64,000 bases of DNA, taken from the NCBI GenBank assembly GCA_937991435.1, contig CALKPY010000023.1:1434-65433 (forward strand), given 5' to 3'. The stretch's first letter is position 1. Every line of letters starts with the position of its first letter. The position numbers and the translations under genes are program-made. Shown in pieces: positions 59,794 to 64,000 of the stretch. The stretch comes from an uncultured Acidimicrobiales bacterium. Lineage in GTDB: Bacteria > Actinomycetota > Acidimicrobiia > Acidimicrobiales > UBA10347. The notes below the pieces were generated by a model. That model was not told the origin of the DNA. It ran no database searches and saw only the letters and a program-made list of their open reading frames with translations.

Positions 59794-61920
59794 CTAGGGC
59801 GCTGGGACCAGGAAGCCGGCCACCGGCGGTGACTGTCGGCGAGCGACGATCTCTCCCTGCGGGTAGCGCTGTACCAAGGCATCGATCTGATCGACATAGG
59901 GGCCAATGAGCAGGAACAATTGGGCTCGCGGCGTATCCCAAAGGTCGATGTTCATCGGGTCCGCGAAACCTTGATCGAGCGGTGCCCGATTCGCGCCTTG
60001 AAGTCCGGGCAAGCGGTACGTCAACGATGAGTAGTCAATGTAGTGACGCCCTGAGTACCAGTTGACGAACACCGCTTGGCGGTCAGTGTTCTGCTCAATG
60101 ATCTGCGAAGCCGACTCGAGCTCTTCAACAAATACCCACTTCTGAAATCCGTCATCTCGAAATGTCGTGAAATACGGAACGACGCTCGTGAGTAGCAGGC
60201 CGGCGACAACCCCGACGGTCAATACCGCCGCTGACGGGACGTGAAGCCCGCGCACGAGCGTGATTGCGGCGACTACACCGACACCCGCGAGAATGGCGAG
60301 GAATGGAGCCATCGCATAGGCACGGCGGACATAGCCATTCACGGTGATCGCCGGTGCGATCGGCATAACTGCAATCGTCGCGAGTGCGATGGCCATGAAC
60401 AAGGTGCGGTTTCGATACAGCACAACCAGCAGGCCAATAATGGCAAAAAACGCTACGACGAGCGGTACCTGTCGAATCACACCCGATGCATCACCACCGT
60501 CGGGGATTGGTGACCAGACCAGATACTTCCAGGCCTGTGCGTACCACGTTGCAACATCACCGATTCGTTCAAGCCACGATGCCTGCTCCCAGTCAGGCGT
60601 ATTCGTACGCCTGACCAACCTGAAGTGGCCCCCGTATCCCTTGGTTGGGTCAACCATGTAGCGAAACATCGGAACGAGCGTGAACCCGGCGGCGATCGGC
60701 CCCCATATGAGTGTGCTGATTCGACGATCGGTGTAGCGACCACCGATCACATACCACGAGGCGACAGCTACGAAAACTGCAGCCCCCCATACCCAATGCG
60801 AGTTGTACACATAGACGCCAAACGCCGCCGCAAACCCGCCGAGTGCCCAATCGCGCCGGCGACCCGACTGCCCAGCGCGATCGATCAGCGCCGCGGCTGC
60901 AAGTACGGTGAGCGGCCACCACGCCAGCGGGAAACCAATCCGCGAGAAATGCAGCGACCACGGCATGGCCGCCAGAACCACGGCCGCGGCTACGCCCACT
61001 TCATGGCCGAAGCGGCGCTGCGCAACGAGGTATATCAACGCAACGGTGAGCGTGCCGGCAACGGCTGATCCGATGCGAACTGCAAAGGCCGACGGACCAA
61101 AAAAGGCCTCAAACGGCGCTGTGAAGTACATGGGAGCCGTGGGCTGGCCAAGTGCTTCTGGCGTGTAGATACCGATCCAGCCATCGAGCACGATTCGACG
61201 TGCGTCGACTCCCATCAACGCTTCGTCACCATGGATTCCAACGGGCAGTTCTGAAAGGTCCCAGGTGCGAAGCACAAAGGCTACGAACACAACGAGCGCG
61301 GCCACGCCAACCTGGTTCCAGGTCAGTTCCCGACTCGCAAGCCAACGATCGGTGCGTTGTCGGAAACCGGTCCACATAGGTGGCGGCGAGCCGGACTGTT
61401 CGGTCGCTGCTAACGGGGAGTTCTCAACGGCGGCTGGGGCACCAGCTAGTTGTGAGAACGATCCCAAGGATTCGCCAACCAGGCCTACAAGGGTATGGAT
61501 ACCCGGTGCGTGCGGCGCTTCGATTCGAGAAACAACAAGCTTGCACGGCGAGCCCGATTCACGTTCAGTATCCAACTGAGCCAACAACGACAGAGAAAAC
61601 TCCGTGGTCTCACGGCTCGGCCTCGCCAACACGGCTCGCAACGGATCACGGTCGCCATCGGCGACGAGCTGGGTGAGATCAGACGCCGCTGCGATCGGCG
61701 CACCAGCAGCATCAACCCAGGACCCGCTCGAGAACACGACCCGACCGGACTCATCAAGCTCAACCAAGGCGTGGGTTGGCCCGATCAAACGGCGCGCCTG
61801 CGCTCGCAACGCGACCCGACGATCACCGTCGAGCTCGGACTCACTGGGCCTTTTCATGGTGCCTTGACTCGTGGAACGGTCGCGTGACGAGGTCGCCGGC
61901 TTTGGGTTCTCGAGGTCCAT
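59794..61920 (-). CDS. ArnT/PMT-like GT-C glycosyltransferase with an N-terminal PAS-like domain
   Basis: LRTWDL...GIHGDEA catalytic loop, FAVRIGSA, PWSLHFSR and about 11 TM segments. N-terminal LVELDESGRVVFSS / QLVADGDRDPL. Confidence 0.75.
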   Translation of the reverse strand: MDLENPKPATSSRDRSTSQGTMKRPSESELDGDRRVALRAQARRLIGPTHALVELDESGRVVFSSGSWVDAAGAPIAAASDLTQLVADGDRDPLRAVLARPSRETTEFSLSLLAQLDTERESGSPCKLVVSRIEAPHAPGIHTLVGLVGESLGSFSQLAGAPAAVENSPLAATEQSGSPPPMWTGFRQRTDRWLASRELTWNQVGVAALVVFVAFVLRTWDLSELPVGIHGDEALMGVDARRIVLDGWIGIYTPEALGQPTAPMYFTAPFEAFFGPSAFAVRIGSAVAGTLTVALIYLVAQRRFGHEVGVAAAVVLAAMPWSLHFSRIGFPLAWWPLTVLAAAALIDRAGQSGRRRDWALGGFAAAFGVYVYNSHWVWGAAVFVAVASWYVIGGRYTDRRISTLIWGPIAAGFTLVPMFRYMVDPTKGYGGHFRLVRRTNTPDWEQASWLERIGDVATWYAQAWKYLVWSPIPDGGDASGVIRQVPLVVAFFAIIGLLVVLYRNRTLFMAIALATIAVMPIAPAITVNGYVRRAYAMAPFLAILAGVGVVAAITLVRGLHVPSAAVLTVGVVAGLLLTSVVPYFTTFRDDGFQKWVFVEELESASQIIEQNTDRQAVFVNWYSGRHYIDYSSLTYRLPGLQGANRAPLDQGFADPMNIDLWDTPRAQLFLLIGPYVDQIDALVQRYPQGEIVARRQSPPVAGFLVPAP

Positions 61921-61995
61921 GTCGGGCAAAGAGTACCGCCCCACTCACCGTAGGTTCGGCAACCGCCTTGGTCGTTGACCTGTGTCAGCTTGAAC

Positions 61996-63102
61996 TCAGG
62001 CAGTCCAGGTTGGGTAGTAGTTCTCGGCCCCCATCTCGCGAACATCGGTGAGCCAGTCGCCGGCGTAGGGCCAAGCCGCCTCATCGCCAGCAGCAGGGCC
62101 CTGCCAGAAGCGAGCGAGTGGTCCGTCGAGCGATGGTTCAAGGGACCACGCTTGGCGGCGATACGCGAAATTCGACGGCACCAGTTCGTGCGCTGAACGG
62201 AAATGCCGAATCGCCGCATCGTGGTCGCCAGTGAGTTCCAGATGTGTGGCCATTTCGAAATGCGCGTGGCCGAGCGCCTCGGCAGAAGATCGGCTTCCGG
62301 AACGTTCGATGACTTCGTGTTCGGTGAGCGCAAACTCGCTGTCAGCACCGTTGGCCGCCCAGTCGCGCAACGCTGCTTCGTATCCCTGAGGGTTGGCCTG
62401 GATCTTCGAGGCTTCGCCCATGATGGCCATCATGCGTTCCGGAATCTCTGCCATGTCGCCGAGGTTCATGTTGCGCTCAAGCTCAATGGACGGCGGCGCG
62501 GGGGCAGGTTCAGCCGGGCGCACAATCTGTCCGTGTTCGTCAATCCAAACCCCATTGGGAATGTTCACGACGCCGAACAATTCGGCCATGCGATGGTGCG
62601 CATCGATCAATGACGGGTGCTCAGGTGCGGCCGATTCGATGAAGGGGCGGCACGCTTCGACACCAGCAGTGTCGAGACCAACCGTGACAATCTCGAGCCC
62701 CAGCGGAGCCATCTCATTGCGAAAGGCCTGCCACACGGGCAGGTCAGCTGAGCAACCTCAATACGGCGACCATGCAACCAGCAACACTTTGGTGCCGCGT
62801 AACGAATCGAGTTCAAACGTGTCGCCGTTGATATCCGGAAGCATGAGGTTCGCCGCCTGAGCGCTCGCGAGCGCACGAGCACCAATCGATTCGGGACCAA
62901 CGGCCCAAACACCGTGTTGGGGTTCGTGCACGAGCGGCAAGTGCATCTGCTCGGCGAGCTGTTCGAGGTTGACCACATCGCCGACCGGCGCGGGGTCGAG
63001 TGGCACGCACACCGCTCCTTTGCACGCGTCTTCAGGCTTGAGTTGCCAGCCGGTCCGACGCTCGAAGTCGGCTCGACTCACAGAAAGAGTGTTGGTGATC
63101 AT
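61996..63102 (-). CDS. Probable selenoprotein: ResA/TlpA-like redoxin with WSPY-U-GC motif and C-terminal TPR-like helices
   Basis: The track ORFs 62758..63237 and 61996..62736 are in the same frame, separated by a single TGA (62758-62760) at the thioredoxin-fold active-site position. A SECIS-like hairpin follows. Confidence 0.8.
62727..62760 (-). promoter_or_regulatory. Bacterial SECIS-like element
   Basis: mRNA UGA-14 nt-CCUGCC-[CGUGU]-GGCAGG: a perfect 6-bp stem with GU in the apical loop. Confidence 0.65.
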
Positions 63103-63149
63103 TGCTCCACCGTAGGGCCCCATGCACAAAGCCGGGAATCGAGGGCCAG

Positions 63150-64000
63150 TTACCGCACTGACGCAGCATCGGTGTTTGCGCCACACACGATCACGGCCAC
63201 GCGCTCGTCGGCCGAAAGAGTCACCGCTCCGCCCCAAATAGCCGCTGCGGCTGCCGCCCCGCCCGGTTCGACGACGAGCTTTAAATCATTCCAGAAGCGG
63301 CGTTGAGCGTAGAGGATCGCATCATCGCTCACCGTCACCGGCTCGACCCCTGCCGCCTTCAGAACCTGCCAGTTCGTGAGCCCGATACGTGGTGCGCCAA
63401 GCGAATCTGCAGCTCGCCCACCAACCTCGACATCGACAGGTTCGCCCGCCGCATGAGCCGCTGCGAAACAGCGACTGCGCTCGGGTTCGACCGTGATCAC
63501 CTTGGTGTTCAACGTCGCAAACCATGCAGCGACGCCAGCCGCCAGGCCGCCACCACCCAACGCGACGAGCACCGTGTCGATTTCGCCGAGTTGCTGGTGC
63601 ATCTCACGGGCGATTGTTCCCGCTCCCGCGATCGTGTCGAGGTGGTCATACGCGTGAATGTCCAGGGCACCGGTTTCTGTTTGACGTTGACGGCACGCCA
63701 GTAACGCATCGGCATACAGCGCTCCTGTGACGTGCACCGTTGCACCGAGTTCTCGTAGGGCGTCGACCTTTGTCGCCGGTGACACTTCGGGGACAAATAT
63801 CTCGGCGGCGACGTTGAGACGTCTCGCCGCCCATGCCACGGCCAGGCCATGATTTCCGCCGCTCGCTGCGATGAGCCCGGGCTCCGGGATCTGTTCCACA
63901 AGCGCTCTGTTCAGGGCGCCGCGAGGTTTGAACGACCCGGTGTGCTGCAACAACTCAAGCTTGCAGCTGATGCTGGCAGCACGACCGAAGAAGTCGTGAC
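63150..64000 (-). CDS. PLP-dependent serine/threonine dehydratase family protein, 5' end beyond the window edge
   Basis: KLELLQHTGSFKPRG, ASGGNHG, LGGGGL, VEPGGA and CGAN. The frame stays open to position 64000. Confidence 0.9.
   Translation of the reverse strand, partial: HDFFGRAASISCKLELLQHTGSFKPRGALNRALVEQIPEPGLIAASGGNHGLAVAWAARRLNVAAEIFVPEVSPATKVDALRELGATVHVTGALYADALLACRQRQTETGALDIHAYDHLDTIAGAGTIAREMHQQLGEIDTVLVALGGGGLAAGVAAWFATLNTKVITVEPERSRCFAAAHAAGEPVDVEVGGRAADSLGAPRIGLTNWQVLKAAGVEPVTVSDDAILYAQRRFWNDLKLVVEPGGAAAAAAIWGGAVTLSADERVAVIVCGANTDAASVR

Noticed and set aside
1-64000. Window ends form a 6-bp inverted match (GTCACG...CGTGAC)
   Set aside because: The match stops at 6 bp and both ends fall inside genes, so it is a coincidence of windowing.

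Overview
GC-rich (roughly 60%) chromosomal DNA, most consistent with an actinomycete of the Acidimicrobiia type. This is an inference from GlnR, GSII, a mycothiol-dependent MDMPI protein, GlfT2 and many leaderless starts. No rRNA, tRNA, CRISPR array or mobile element was seen. 1-24 kb holds a cell-surface glycan locus (GtrA, AT3-SGNH acyltransferase, GT2 and GT-C enzymes, Wzm/Wzt, GlfT2-like, sulfotransferase-like, rmlABCD, gmd) with two secreted trypsin-RTX proteases inserted in it, plus a degenerate AMP-binding gene running off the left edge. 24-29 kb encodes a secreted matrixin-type protease and a dockerin-bearing metallophosphoesterase. 29-39 kb carries metabolic genes and a divergent glnII/glnR pair with a GlnR-box-like site. 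39-56 kb has a 1050-aa orphan secreted protein, a lone ccmF and a seven-gene ABC/MoxR/DUF58/triple-VWA operon. 56-64 kb has a GT4/methyltransferase/(alpha/alpha)6-barrel triad, a PAS-like domain fused to a GT-C glycosyltransferase, and a redoxin split by an in-frame UGA followed by a SECIS-like hairpin (probable selenoprotein). All calls come from motif recognition by eye; no searches were run.
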